This document shows positions 27,020 to 36,109 of a DNA stretch of 64,000 nt, one piece after another. The DNA is taken from the IMG/VR virus record IMGVR_UViG_3300023082_000009, positions 1 through 64,000 of that record; one strand, written 5' to 3'. Numbering within the stretch: position 1 is the stretch's first letter; the number at the start of each line of letters is the position of its first letter. The notes below the pieces were generated by a model, which worked only from the letters and a program-made list of their open reading frames with translations, made no database searches and was not told where the DNA came from. This stretch comes from a virus. The position numbers were made by a program, and so were the translations under genes.

Positions 27020-27697
27020 ATGATGTGCAAGCTGCGGTTAGAAGCCCTCACCAAGATTGCCCCAGGGGCGGTCAAGGTCGTGAATAAGCAGGCCCTCGTC
27101 GACGCGATCAACGCCGCCGCCGAGAAGTTCTTCATCAACGCCACCCCACGCCGCCTCCGCTACTTCGTAGCCCAGATGGCCTTCGAGACCCTGGACTTCA
27201 CCAAGTTCGAGGAAGACCTCTACTACACCGACCCGGCCCGCGTGGCTGCGATCTTCAAGTCCGGCTTCGACCTGAACAAGAACCAGAAGGTCGACCCCGA
27301 AGAGATCGAGTTCGCCAAGGGCTACATCCGCAACCCGCAGAAGCTGGCCAACCGTGCGTACGCCAACCGCTTCGGCAACGGCGACGAGGCCTCTGGCGAT
27401 GGCTGGCGCTATCGTGGACGGGGCGGCATGCACACCACCTTCAAAGCCAACTACCTGAAAGCCTCCATGGCCCTGTACGGCGACGACCGACTGGTCCGCA
27501 ACCCTGACGCCTTGTCCGACACCCAGACCTACGAGGCGGCCTTTATGTCTGCCGGTCAGTTCTGGAAGGACAACTCCCTCAACGTGCTGGCCGACGCCGA
27601 CGCCTGGACCAAGTTGACCGGCGTGATCAACGGCTCGACATCCACCGCCGAAGCGCGTAAACCTTGGCTACGTCGTGCGAACGAAAACATCCCGTAG
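27020..27697 (+). CDS. Endolysin, glycoside hydrolase family 19
   Basis: FVAQMAFET, GDGWRYRGRG and ING motifs. Confidence 0.9.
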   Translation: MMCKLRLEALTKIAPGAVKVVNKQALVDAINAAAEKFFINATPRRLRYFVAQMAFETLDFTKFEEDLYYTDPARVAAIFKSGFDLNKNQKVDPEEIEFAKGYIRNPQKLANRAYANRFGNGDEASGDGWRYRGRGGMHTTFKANYLKASMALYGDDRLVRNPDALSDTQTYEAAFMSAGQFWKDNSLNVLADADAWTKLTGVINGSTSTAEARKPWLRRANENIP

Positions 27698-27706
27698 GAG
27701 GTAGCC

Positions 27707-28075
27707 ATGTTCACCGGACTTTCCACCACCATCAAACTGGGCGCGCTTTGCGCCCTTATCGCTTTACTGGGCATCGCCACCACCTACGGTGCCTGGAAGT
27801 GGCAGGGTGCAAACATCGCCAAAGAGGTGAAGGCTGCGGAAGACCGGAAGGACAAGCAGCTCGCCGTCGAGCGTGGGTATATCAAGCTCTGGCGTGACCG
27901 GGCGGAGGCAGCCCGAGCCGAGGCAGACGCCAAGAAGACCAAGGCCACCGTGGTGACCACCAAGGCCACCGAAGTGATCAAGCAGGAACGCAAGACCAAC
28001 CCCGCGTTCTACGAACAGGAAGTACCAGCCGGAGGTGCCGAGCAATGGGAAGCCGCCAGAAAACTCATGCAGTAG
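27707..28075 (+). CDS. Inner-membrane spanin (Rz-like)
   Basis: N-terminal TM helix plus coiled coil; follows endolysin. Confidence 0.75.
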   Translation: MFTGLSTTIKLGALCALIALLGIATTYGAWKWQGANIAKEVKAAEDRKDKQLAVERGYIKLWRDRAEAARAEADAKKTKATVVTTKATEVIKQERKTNPAFYEQEVPAGGAEQWEAARKLMQ

Positions 28076-28350
28076 TGGCCCTGATGTTTATCGGCCTTTC
28101 TCTCACCGGCTGTGCCGCCAAGGCGCCCGAGCCGACCAACGAGTACAAGATCGCCCTGCAAGAGCTGGACGCCTCCTGGCTCGACAAATGCCAGGGGCTG
28201 GAGGACATCCCTGATCGAAAGGTTGGCACGTTGTTGCAGGACTTCGTGGATCTGACCAAAGTTGCAGCGCCGTGCCGGGCGGATCACAATGCACTCCTCG
28301 ACTACCTCAAACCACTTATCGACAAGGCTAAGGCCGGGGAACCGCAATGA
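28045..28350 (+). CDS. Outer-membrane spanin lipoprotein (Rz1-like)
   Basis: Lipobox LTGC; overlaps the end of the i-spanin. Confidence 0.75.
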   Translation: MGSRQKTHAVVALMFIGLSLTGCAAKAPEPTNEYKIALQELDASWLDKCQGLEDIPDRKVGTLLQDFVDLTKVAAPCRADHNALLDYLKPLIDKAKAGEPQ

Positions 28351-28631
28351 GTAACGAACTTCCGAAGATCGGTCTGTACGTGCAGTGGCTGGTAAACGGC
28401 AAGCTGTCGGAGATGACCTTTCTACCTGCGTCTGATCGGTCGCCGATGGAAGTGGCCGAAGCCCTGGCTGCCCTGGTACCTGACGGCTGCGTTGCCGAGG
28501 TGGTGGGCTTCACCCTGGGTAACGCCAACAACGTCTGGTTCACCCGCCAGCACAGCGTTGACGCCATACAGCAGCTCAAGCAGCACGCTGCCCAGGTACC
28601 GCCCCCGCCACCACCCCGCAGTCGCATGTAA
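28347..28631 (+). CDS. Hypothetical protein
   Basis: ATGA coupling; ends at a terminator. Confidence 0.6.
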   Translation: MSNELPKIGLYVQWLVNGKLSEMTFLPASDRSPMEVAEALAALVPDGCVAEVVGFTLGNANNVWFTRQHSVDAIQQLKQHAAQVPPPPPPRSRM

Positions 28632-28635
28632 CAGA

Positions 28636-28663
28636 GGGAACCCGCTTCGGCGGGTTTCTTTTT
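28636..28663 (+). terminator. Rho-independent terminator ending the lysis cassette
   Basis: GGGAACCCGC-TTCG-GCGGGTTTCT-TTTT. Confidence 0.85.
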
Positions 28664-28672
28664 GGTCAGTGT

Positions 28673-28702
28673 TTGTACTTAAATACAATATTTTGATATA
28701 GT
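28673..28702 (+). promoter_or_regulatory. Sigma70-type promoter
   Basis: TTGTAC-N18-TATAGT with extended -10 TG in a very AT-rich intergenic stretch. Confidence 0.7.
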
Positions 28703-28714
28703 CATCTCGTCGCC

Positions 28715-28730
28715 GTGCAATTGATTGCAC
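28715..28730. repeat. Dispersed palindrome copy (just downstream of promoter, reverse)
   Basis: GTGCAATTGATTGCAC. Confidence 0.9.
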
Positions 28731-28783
28731 CGCCACATGGTCGTCAGGACTGAGCACTCCGCTCCCCCATAAAGGAAACACCC

Positions 28784-30517
28784 ATGTCAAATGCACCGCT
28801 AGCATCCGCCCTCGGTTCGTCCGAGACCCAACTCATGGCAGAGGTCTATAAGCTGTCGGACGCCGGGGGTTCGATCATCCAGATCCGTTCCCGCGAAGTA
28901 CCGCGCACCCTCACCACTCTGCGCAAATCCATCATCGCCGATGACGCCAACCGCTACCGCGAGTGGGACACCGTAAACGGCTGGCGCGTCTTCACGCTGG
29001 AGAATTTCAGCGAGCACAAGATGGCGGGCGACAACAACCTGGACTTCGACTTGGCACTCATGACCCCACTCAGTGAGCTGCGCAGCCAATCCAGCCCGGT
29101 CATCTCCGAGCCAGAGAAGATCCACTACTTCATCTACACGGACCTGCACCCGTTCATCGACGGCAACCCGCGCATGATCGCCATGCTCCAGCAGTACGCG
29201 GCGGTCCTGCCTTCCCGCAACATCTGCCTGATCCTGCTCACGCCCGAGGTGAACCTCACCTACCTGCCAATGGGCACCGTGCTGACCGTCGACGCCCCTA
29301 CGCCTACCGCCGAGGAACTGGAGACCTGCCTGCGCAAGTTGACCGTAGCCAGCGAGCAGGACACGGAAGCGTGGCCGGATGGCCTGGACATCGAAGAAGA
29401 TGAGTACCACCTGATCAGCCACCTCGGCCAGGGTATGACTCGTTATGAGTTCGAGCAGTACGCATCCATTGCCATCGTCGAGCACGGCTCCAAGGGCAGC
29501 ACCTGCCTGGAAGCGGCCTGTCTGATCGAAGGCATCTCGAAGGGCAAGACCGAGGTGGTCAAACAGACCGACATCCTCGAACTGTTCCGCACCGAGAACA
29601 TGGACGACGTGGGCGGCATGAACAAGTTGAAGGACTGGATCGACGACCGCGCCGATTGCTTCTCCGACGATGCCAAGAAGTTCGGCGTCCAGGCACCCAA
29701 GGGCATTGCTATCGTCGGCGTGCCCGGCACCGGTAAATCGCTCATCGCCAAGGCCATCGCCAGCCGTTTGAACGTGCCACTCCTGCGCCTGGACTTCGGG
29801 CGGGTATTCAGCAAGTTCATCGGCGACTCCGAGAGCCGTATGCGCGCAGCCCTCAAGATGGTCGACCAGATGGGCCACCTTGTCCTGTTCGCAGATGAGA
29901 TCGACAAAGGCCTGGGCGGTATTGGCCAGGGCGGCGGCGACAGCGGCACCAGCTCCCGCGTACTGGGTGCGTTCCTCACTTGGCTCCAGGAGAACGAGTC
30001 CAACGTATTCGTCGTGGTCACCGCCAACACCATCACCAACCTGCCGCCTGAGCTGTTCCGTAAAGGCCGTATGGATGAAGTGTTCAGCGTTGGCCTGCCC
30101 GGCCCGTCCGAGCGTCGCGAAGTCCTGGAAGTCCATCTGCGTAAGCGTGATCGCAACATCGCCGACTACAGCGAAAAGGACATCGCTCGTTTCATTGAAG
30201 CGTCGGCCACCCGCGTGCCTGCCGAGATCGAAGCGGCGGTCAAGGACGGTCTGATCGCCGCCTACAACGACAAGAAGGCGGACGACATCACCATGGACCA
30301 CATCATCGGCGCCCTGGAGAACTCGATCCCCATGGCCACGTCGCAGAAGGCGAAGATTCAAGCGATCATCGACTGGGCACGCGACAATGCCACGCCGGTC
30401 AACTACGAAGAGCAGGAGCTGGCGCCAAGCGTACCCGGCGTCACCGGCAACGACAGCGTGGCACCGCGCCGTGTAACTCGCCGCGTACCGCCTACTGCCC
30501 GCCCTGACCAAGTGTAA
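28784..30517 (+). CDS. AAA+ ATPase, Ycf46-like
   Basis: DVGGMNKLKDW, Walker A GVPGTGKS, Walker B LFADEIDK, LPPELFRKGRMDE; degenerate N-terminal AAA-like domain. Confidence 0.9.
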   Translation: MSNAPLASALGSSETQLMAEVYKLSDAGGSIIQIRSREVPRTLTTLRKSIIADDANRYREWDTVNGWRVFTLENFSEHKMAGDNNLDFDLALMTPLSELRSQSSPVISEPEKIHYFIYTDLHPFIDGNPRMIAMLQQYAAVLPSRNICLILLTPEVNLTYLPMGTVLTVDAPTPTAEELETCLRKLTVASEQDTEAWPDGLDIEEDEYHLISHLGQGMTRYEFEQYASIAIVEHGSKGSTCLEAACLIEGISKGKTEVVKQTDILELFRTENMDDVGGMNKLKDWIDDRADCFSDDAKKFGVQAPKGIAIVGVPGTGKSLIAKAIASRLNVPLLRLDFGRVFSKFIGDSESRMRAALKMVDQMGHLVLFADEIDKGLGGIGQGGGDSGTSSRVLGAFLTWLQENESNVFVVVTANTITNLPPELFRKGRMDEVFSVGLPGPSERREVLEVHLRKRDRNIADYSEKDIARFIEASATRVPAEIEAAVKDGLIAAYNDKKADDITMDHIIGALENSIPMATSQKAKIQAIIDWARDNATPVNYEEQELAPSVPGVTGNDSVAPRRVTRRVPPTARPDQV

Positions 30518-30527
30518 GGAGCCGACC

Positions 30528-31151
30528 ATGAGCCAGATGTCAGGCGTGTCGCTTTGCTACGGCAAGGTCAATCTGCCCGACCAGGGGCAGACGGTAGCCG
30601 TGCTGCGATTGAAAGCTCCGTTCGATAAGGCCATGTCGGCAACTCTCTGCGGCAAGGCATTCCTCAACACCAAGGAGTATTGCGCGGCCACCCGTAACCG
30701 GGACATCGGCGGCGGGTTCACCCGGCAGCGGGTGGAGCACGAGCAAGGCACCCTGATCCTGCTCCAGGTCTCCCGCACCCGCCGAGGTGTGCCACACGCA
30801 GACGGGGCCATGGTCCTGCGGCTCCGCAATGGGGCCGACCTGCTGAGCATCTCCGCTCGGCTCCCGATGGGCGGGGGCTCGATCCTGGGTGAGCAGATCC
30901 AGATCTTCGCAGGGGCGGCAGACATCTGCGCACCGGAGGAGCTGGCCCTGCTCGGGGTGAAGATTCCGAAGTGGTACGCGGAGCGGTACCTGGACCCGCA
31001 GGAAGTGGCGCAGCTCTTTGACGTATCGGTAGTACGGGCGGGCGAGATTGCCCGGCCTACGCTGCATGCGGTAGCCACCTCGGAAGGCGTTGTGATCAAG
31101 GCCGTAGGGGAGGAAGCACCACGCCGCATGCGGATGAGGAGGAACACCTGA
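30528..31151 (+). CDS. Hypothetical protein
   Basis: AAGGAG RBS; Arg-rich C-terminus. Confidence 0.7.
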   Translation: MSQMSGVSLCYGKVNLPDQGQTVAVLRLKAPFDKAMSATLCGKAFLNTKEYCAATRNRDIGGGFTRQRVEHEQGTLILLQVSRTRRGVPHADGAMVLRLRNGADLLSISARLPMGGGSILGEQIQIFAGAADICAPEELALLGVKIPKWYAERYLDPQEVAQLFDVSVVRAGEIARPTLHAVATSEGVVIKAVGEEAPRRMRMRRNT

Positions 31152-32116
31152 TGCCAGACGCACGAGTAGAGCTATGGCGCGATCCTCGCATGATGCAGGA
31201 CGTGCTTACCTACACCTTCACCTACACTCGCGAGCAGTTCCACGAGATGGAGCGTGATCTGGTCATGTCTGCGCGTAACACGGTAGCCCAGGAGCTTTCC
31301 CAGCTGATCTACCAGCGCCTGGGAGAGCTAGGGCTGCGGGGAGCCACCATGGCCGCCTGGATGGAGGCTGGATCTGGGCAGGCGCGGCAGTACGGCCTGG
31401 GCCTGGACATGGCTAACCCTCAACACATGGTAGGCCTGGGGCTACTTGTTGCTGCGGAGTACCACCGCCCCACTTTCGTCAACCTGATGGATCTGGACCG
31501 TGGGGTAGAGGTGCGGCTGGAGTGTGGCTACAACAACCTGGAGTACACGGTAAACCTGTACGTGCATGTCAGGGTTCCAGCGCACTTGGCGTACCGGGGT
31601 GGCCGCTCCCTGAGCATGGGAGAGGCGCCTATACGAGGGGACCGGTACCGTATGGGCGGCAGCGAAGTGAACTTGGTCCAGGAGAGTATGACCCTCGACC
31701 TGGGCGGAGAGCTGCGCAGCATGCCACGAGGCCCGCGCCGGGCGGAGGTGTCATTAAACGGAGTCGACGTTGGCTCCTTCACGGATCTCACCGTGGCCGC
31801 CAATATCACGGGAGGCGAGGCAGTAACACTGCGTGACCCTGCCATGGTAGTAGCGGCTCGCGAGAACCCGGAGCGGGAGAGCATACGCAACGAGGCCAGG
31901 GCACTCACCAATCAGCAACAACTACGCAACCAGGAGCGCATCCTGGAGCAGAACAACATGCGGCAGCAGCAGGTGGCCGCAGCAAGAGCAGCACTCGACA
32001 AACCCCAGGGTGAGTTGAAGCCGCGCAAAGCCAAGAGGGTCAGTGTCGGTACCGAGACACCGCCCCTTGAGGCAGAATCACCACGTCGATTGAAACTTCG
32101 GCGAGACCGAAAATAA
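31151..32116 (+). CDS. Hypothetical protein
   Basis: TGATG coupling; coiled-coil and Arg-rich C-terminus. Confidence 0.7.
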   Translation: MPDARVELWRDPRMMQDVLTYTFTYTREQFHEMERDLVMSARNTVAQELSQLIYQRLGELGLRGATMAAWMEAGSGQARQYGLGLDMANPQHMVGLGLLVAAEYHRPTFVNLMDLDRGVEVRLECGYNNLEYTVNLYVHVRVPAHLAYRGGRSLSMGEAPIRGDRYRMGGSEVNLVQESMTLDLGGELRSMPRGPRRAEVSLNGVDVGSFTDLTVAANITGGEAVTLRDPAMVVAARENPERESIRNEARALTNQQQLRNQERILEQNNMRQQQVAAARAALDKPQGELKPRKAKRVSVGTETPPLEAESPRRLKLRRDRK

Positions 32117-32121
32117 CCAAC

Positions 32122-32137
32122 GTGCAATTGATTGCAC
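32122..32137. repeat. Dispersed palindrome copy (abuts RBS, reverse)
   Basis: GTGCAATTGATTGCAC. Confidence 0.9.
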
Positions 32138-32150
32138 AGGAGGCAACAAC

Positions 32151-32594
32151 GTGAGCCACACCAGCGCAGTAAAAAGCATTGCCATCACCAGCGTTGAAGC
32201 GCTGCGTGAGGCCGTCAAGGAACTGAACGCCAACGGCGTGAAGTGCAGCTTGGTCGAGAACTCCACCCCTCGCGCCTACTACAGCAACCAGACCGGCCTG
32301 GGCAAAGCCGACTTCGTACTCAAGCTGGACAACAGCCGTTACGACGTTGGCTTCTACAAGTCCGAGAACGGCGGCTACGAAGTGCGCACCGACTTCTGGG
32401 GCCAGGACGTGAAGAACCAGCTCGGCGCCACCGCGTCAGGCCCTGGCAAGACTGAGCAAGCCCAGCTGGGCAAACTCTTCCAGGCGTACGGCATCCACGC
32501 CGCCATGATGGAAGCCCGCCGCAAGGGCCTGATGGCTACCCGCCAGAAAGGCAAGGACGGCATCGAGCAAGTAGTCGTCTCGGGCTACCGTTAA
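32151..32594 (+). CDS. DUF1257 (Ycf35-like) protein
   Basis: MSHTSAVK start, YDVGF...YEVRTDFW, LFQAYG pattern; near the Ycf46-like ATPase. Confidence 0.7.
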   Translation: MSHTSAVKSIAITSVEALREAVKELNANGVKCSLVENSTPRAYYSNQTGLGKADFVLKLDNSRYDVGFYKSENGGYEVRTDFWGQDVKNQLGATASGPGKTEQAQLGKLFQAYGIHAAMMEARRKGLMATRQKGKDGIEQVVVSGYR

Positions 32595-32629
32595 TCCACT
32601 CACCCGGCCATAGGCCAGAGGACCGCACC

Positions 32630-32833
32630 ATGCGTAAGCAAGTCGTTATCTCCATCCTCCCGGATGGCACCACCAGCATCGACGCCCAGAACTTCAAAGG
32701 TAAGGGCTGCCAGGATGCTACCAACCAGATCGCGCTCGCCCTGGGCGGTGCCGGTCGCGACACGTCGGACGACAAGAAGAAGCCTGACTTCTTCGCGCCC
32801 GGCACCACCGGCACCCAGACCCACAACGTCTGA
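32630..32833 (+). CDS. DUF2997-like protein
   Basis: I-x-PDG...FKGKGC-x-DAT...LALG...KPDFF pattern. Confidence 0.7.
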   Translation: MRKQVVISILPDGTTSIDAQNFKGKGCQDATNQIALALGGAGRDTSDDKKKPDFFAPGTTGTQTHNV

Positions 32834-32857
32834 TAGCGAGGCACCAGGAGAGAGATC

Positions 32858-33232
32858 ATGGGACTGTTAGCCAATAGCTTGGACAAGCCGCAGGACGCAG
32901 TGGTTATCACCTTCGGGGAGGACGGCTCTGCCGAGTCCCTGCACGTAGACCAGTTCGACCTGGGCTTCCTCGGCAAGAAGGAAATCACCCGCGCCACGGA
33001 CATCCGCTTCGAGGGTGACACGCAGGACTGGACGATCTACCTCCTGGACGCCAAGGGCGAAAACCCTACGCTGGCCTGGAAGGGCTGCAAAGGCCTGCCC
33101 TCCTACGAAGTGGCGCGCACCGTCGAGGTGGCTTGGTTGAACCTTTGCCGTCTCAACGATGCCGACCCGCGTGACGGGGACGGACACACCTACCTCAACC
33201 AAGCACGGAAGGCCAACGGTCTCGCCATCTGA
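32858..33232 (+). CDS. Hypothetical protein of the AAA module
   Basis: AGGAG RBS; ends at a hairpin. Confidence 0.65.
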   Translation: MGLLANSLDKPQDAVVITFGEDGSAESLHVDQFDLGFLGKKEITRATDIRFEGDTQDWTIYLLDAKGENPTLAWKGCKGLPSYEVARTVEVAWLNLCRLNDADPRDGDGHTYLNQARKANGLAI

Positions 33233-33245
33233 CCTTCCACCCCTC

Positions 33246-33263
33246 GGGCGCTTCGGCGCCCTT
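33246..33263 (+). terminator. Terminator-like hairpin
   Basis: GGGCGC-TTCG-GCGCCC-TT; same stem-loop as after the capsid gene. Confidence 0.6.
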
Positions 33264-33282
33264 CCTTGTTTCGGAGAACACC

Positions 33283-33606
33283 ATGAGTCGATCAATCGCA
33301 GAAGAGCTGCTGGCGCGAGTGCGTGAGCAGATCCACGGCATCGGAGCCCGCCCAGGCCCGTCCGCTTTGGCCGTGTATTGCTGGGTGCTGGGCGTCATGT
33401 CTTACGAGGGCGTCCGCGTCCTGGAAGTGACCCCTTCCCAGATCCATCTGGGCGTAGTAGTCGGAGGCAACGCCCGCTACACCGGGGTGGGCTTCTCCTT
33501 GAACACGATCAAATCGTCACTGGAGATCCTGGAGCATCACGGCTGGCTTATCATCAGCAGGAAGCCCGCGAAGAAGGGCGAGATCCTCCGTATCGAAACC
33601 CCATAG
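33283..33606 (+). CDS. Hypothetical protein, possible winged-helix
   Basis: GGAG RBS; SLNTIKSSLEILEHHGWLI resembles a wHTH recognition helix and wing. Confidence 0.5.
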   Translation: MSRSIAEELLARVREQIHGIGARPGPSALAVYCWVLGVMSYEGVRVLEVTPSQIHLGVVVGGNARYTGVGFSLNTIKSSLEILEHHGWLIISRKPAKKGEILRIETP

Positions 33607-33616
33607 GGCCTCCGCC

Positions 33617-34153
33617 ATGACGCGCTTAGTTCAGCAACCGCTAGTAGATCGCAAAGAGTTTCACGAGCTGTACCGCAAGCTCCGTTTTTGGTGGGGCATG
33701 CGGCACATCGAAGAGTCCGCCTACCTGCTCGGCATGCACGTCCTCCAGAAGATGAGCAAGCAAGACAGCCTGGAAGTGTCCGGGACTTGGCGCGAGTTCG
33801 CCGGTCAGATCGTGATGCGCGGCGGCGAGATCCTCGCTGGCCCTGTCGACGATAACCAGTACATGTTCCTCGGCGCCCTGCACCAGCTGCAAGGTACCGT
33901 GGGCGTGCTGAGCCACATCAACCAGGAAGGCATCGAGCTGACCAAAGCAGACGCCTACCAGAACCTGGGCCGCAGCCCACACTTCACCAAGGAGCCGGGC
34001 GTAGATCCTAACCTGATCGGGGCGGACACTCCGTTGCTCTTCGTGTACGTGCCGTGGGCCGGGTACGACATGGAAGCCACCTGGGCGAAGTACCCAGAGT
34101 GCGGTCGGCTGGTCAACCTCCCGAACTGGCTCACGGTGAAGGGGAGGGGCTAG
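33617..34153 (+). CDS. Hypothetical protein
   Basis: Fits operon packing and codon usage. Confidence 0.6.
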   Translation: MTRLVQQPLVDRKEFHELYRKLRFWWGMRHIEESAYLLGMHVLQKMSKQDSLEVSGTWREFAGQIVMRGGEILAGPVDDNQYMFLGALHQLQGTVGVLSHINQEGIELTKADAYQNLGRSPHFTKEPGVDPNLIGADTPLLFVYVPWAGYDMEATWAKYPECGRLVNLPNWLTVKGRG

Positions 34154-34155
34154 CC

Positions 34156-35511
34156 ATGAAGTACAACCACGGGCACCACACTTTGTCGACCCTGGCAAAG
34201 ACGCTGACCACCAAAGACGACGCTCACTTCATCGCCTACATCGAAGTGATGTCCGTTCTGGGCAAGTTCTGGTCCGCCCGGTTCACCCCCAGCGAGTTCC
34301 TGGTCCTCAGTTTCCTGGCCAATCGCACGCTGATTTTCCGTAAACGGGCGGAGGCAATCACCCGTAGACACTTCGAGGAGGGCATCTCGTCGGAGAGAGG
34401 GGACACCTGCACAGGCTGCGGAGTGAGCGAACACGCCCGAGTCAGGGCTTTAAACTCTTTGTGTTCCCGCAATTTCATCAACGTACACTGCTTTTTGGAA
34501 GGCAAAACAGAGACCAAGCCCCGGATCTACGAGCTGAATTATGAGCTTTTAGTAGAGGGCCACGACCTCGGGGAGATCCGAAACATGCTAAAACGTAGCC
34601 GAACACTCGACCGAGATAAGCGTCCCGAGGACGATTTTTATGCCGAAAATACCCCCCGACAATTCGCGGGGGTACCCCCCGACAATCGTGGAGGCTTAAC
34701 AGAGCTATTACATAGCTCTAAAAGAACTTCTATTAACATAGAAGAGTCGGCAGCTGCGCAGCCGAGCCAATCGAGGTTGAAGGTTGGTAAGAAGACAGTA
34801 GCGGGCGCAATCAATTGCACACCCAAACCTCCGCCTACTGGTAATGCCGCAGAGCGCATCGCGCAGATCCAAGCTGACACTACGAAAGCTCGGACCACCC
34901 GCGTGGCTACTGCAAAGACCCTCCCCGCCCGGCGCTGGGAGATCAAGGATCTACAGGCCCTCCTTGACCAGGGGCGCGCCGACGCGGGCGTCACCGTGCC
35001 TCGCGTTATGGCGACTACCAAAGGGGCGGGTGTGTTGTTCAAGCGGATGAAGGAAGCCGAGATCACCGACGCGCTGGAGTTCTTCACCTGGACCTTCCAG
35101 AACTGGGGCACCGTGGCCTCGGCCAACCGCCGCGCCAAGGCCAAGCAGTTGAAGGACACCAAGGCGTCGAACAGCGAGATGTCCCTGATCCCGAACTTCG
35201 CGGAGCTGGCCTACCGCTTCCCCTACATCCTCGCGTTCTTCAACGACCGCAAGTACACCAAGGTGCAGGAAGAGCAGAAGGTTGTCCGGCAGAAGCAGGA
35301 GACCCGCGCCCTCGCAGAGAAGCAGCAGGTGGCCATTGCTACCCGCCGCGACATCGTGCGCCAGCAGGACATCGAGCAACGCGACAAAGACCGAGCTGCC
35401 CAGGAGCGTCGCGTAGCCCGCCCGGTCGTGCGCCGCAGCCGCCAGCTCGTCGACGACCTGGACGAACCGTTGCCAGCCTACAAAGAAAGGGAGTGGAACC
35501 CAGATGAGTAA
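34156..35511 (+). CDS. Putative replication initiator (N-terminal winged-helix)
   Basis: FTPSEFLVLSFLANRT...AITRRHF...ALNSL pattern; internal direct repeats; upstream of loader-like and helicase genes. Confidence 0.6.
   Translation: MKYNHGHHTLSTLAKTLTTKDDAHFIAYIEVMSVLGKFWSARFTPSEFLVLSFLANRTLIFRKRAEAITRRHFEEGISSERGDTCTGCGVSEHARVRALNSLCSRNFINVHCFLEGKTETKPRIYELNYELLVEGHDLGEIRNMLKRSRTLDRDKRPEDDFYAENTPRQFAGVPPDNRGGLTELLHSSKRTSINIEESAAAQPSQSRLKVGKKTVAGAINCTPKPPPTGNAAERIAQIQADTTKARTTRVATAKTLPARRWEIKDLQALLDQGRADAGVTVPRVMATTKGAGVLFKRMKEAEITDALEFFTWTFQNWGTVASANRRAKAKQLKDTKASNSEMSLIPNFAELAYRFPYILAFFNDRKYTKVQEEQKVVRQKQETRALAEKQQVAIATRRDIVRQQDIEQRDKDRAAQERRVARPVVRRSRQLVDDLDEPLPAYKEREWNPDE
34650..34740. 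repeat. Iteron-like direct repeats plus AT-rich inverted repeat (candidate origin)
   Basis: TACCCCCCGACAAT at 34650 and 34673; AGAGCTA-TTACA-TAGCTCT at 34701-34719. Confidence 0.55.
34805..34820. repeat. Dispersed palindrome copy (in initiator CDS)
   Basis: GCGCAATCAATTGCAC. Confidence 0.85.
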
Positions 35512-36109
35512 GTCAACCGAACGTTTCATGGCTGCCGGGGTTCCTCGGTCCTGCTGGGAGCTGAGCTGCCGCGACCGTGGTCAGGTGAACATCACCGAGT
35601 GGGCCAAGGAGCAGGCCCGCCGCCGTAAAGAGCGGGAGGCCCTTGTCTCCGCCTACGTCCTGCACCCCGTGACCAAGCGAGGGGCCGAACGCCGGGCGGA
35701 GGATTTCACCTATTGCCAGGAGACGGTCGACCTGCTCGCGAGGCAGGCGGTGCTTGAAGGATTGCCTGTGAAAGTAGTTCCGTTCCACGGGCTGGTTCAT
35801 GCTCTTCAACACCCCTCGGCCTATATCTCCCAGGACACGGACCCAGAAGCCCGCGCCAGGACCACGATATTTGACTTACTTGGTCAAGGAGTTATTGTCG
35901 TACCTCTCCTGCCCAACCCGCTCGACGCTGAATGCGAGCCATATCAGTATCGGGTCGCGCTCGACTTCCTGCTCACCCACCTCTACGAGGGCGGTGCCCT
36001 GGTCATCGGCGGTTCGGAGCAGCTAAGCAAGCGACTTCAAAGTGGCTACCCCGATTCCCTGGAACGTCTACTCCTGGGGAACTCGGAATACTTCGGGACA
36101 GGCTCATGA
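35504..36109 (+). CDS. DnaC-like helicase loader, apparently degenerate
   Basis: AGVPRSCW start and position between initiator and helicase; no Walker A motif visible. Confidence 0.45.
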   Translation: MSKSTERFMAAGVPRSCWELSCRDRGQVNITEWAKEQARRRKEREALVSAYVLHPVTKRGAERRAEDFTYCQETVDLLARQAVLEGLPVKVVPFHGLVHALQHPSAYISQDTDPEARARTTIFDLLGQGVIVVPLLPNPLDAECEPYQYRVALDFLLTHLYEGGALVIGGSEQLSKRLQSGYPDSLERLLLGNSEYFGTGS

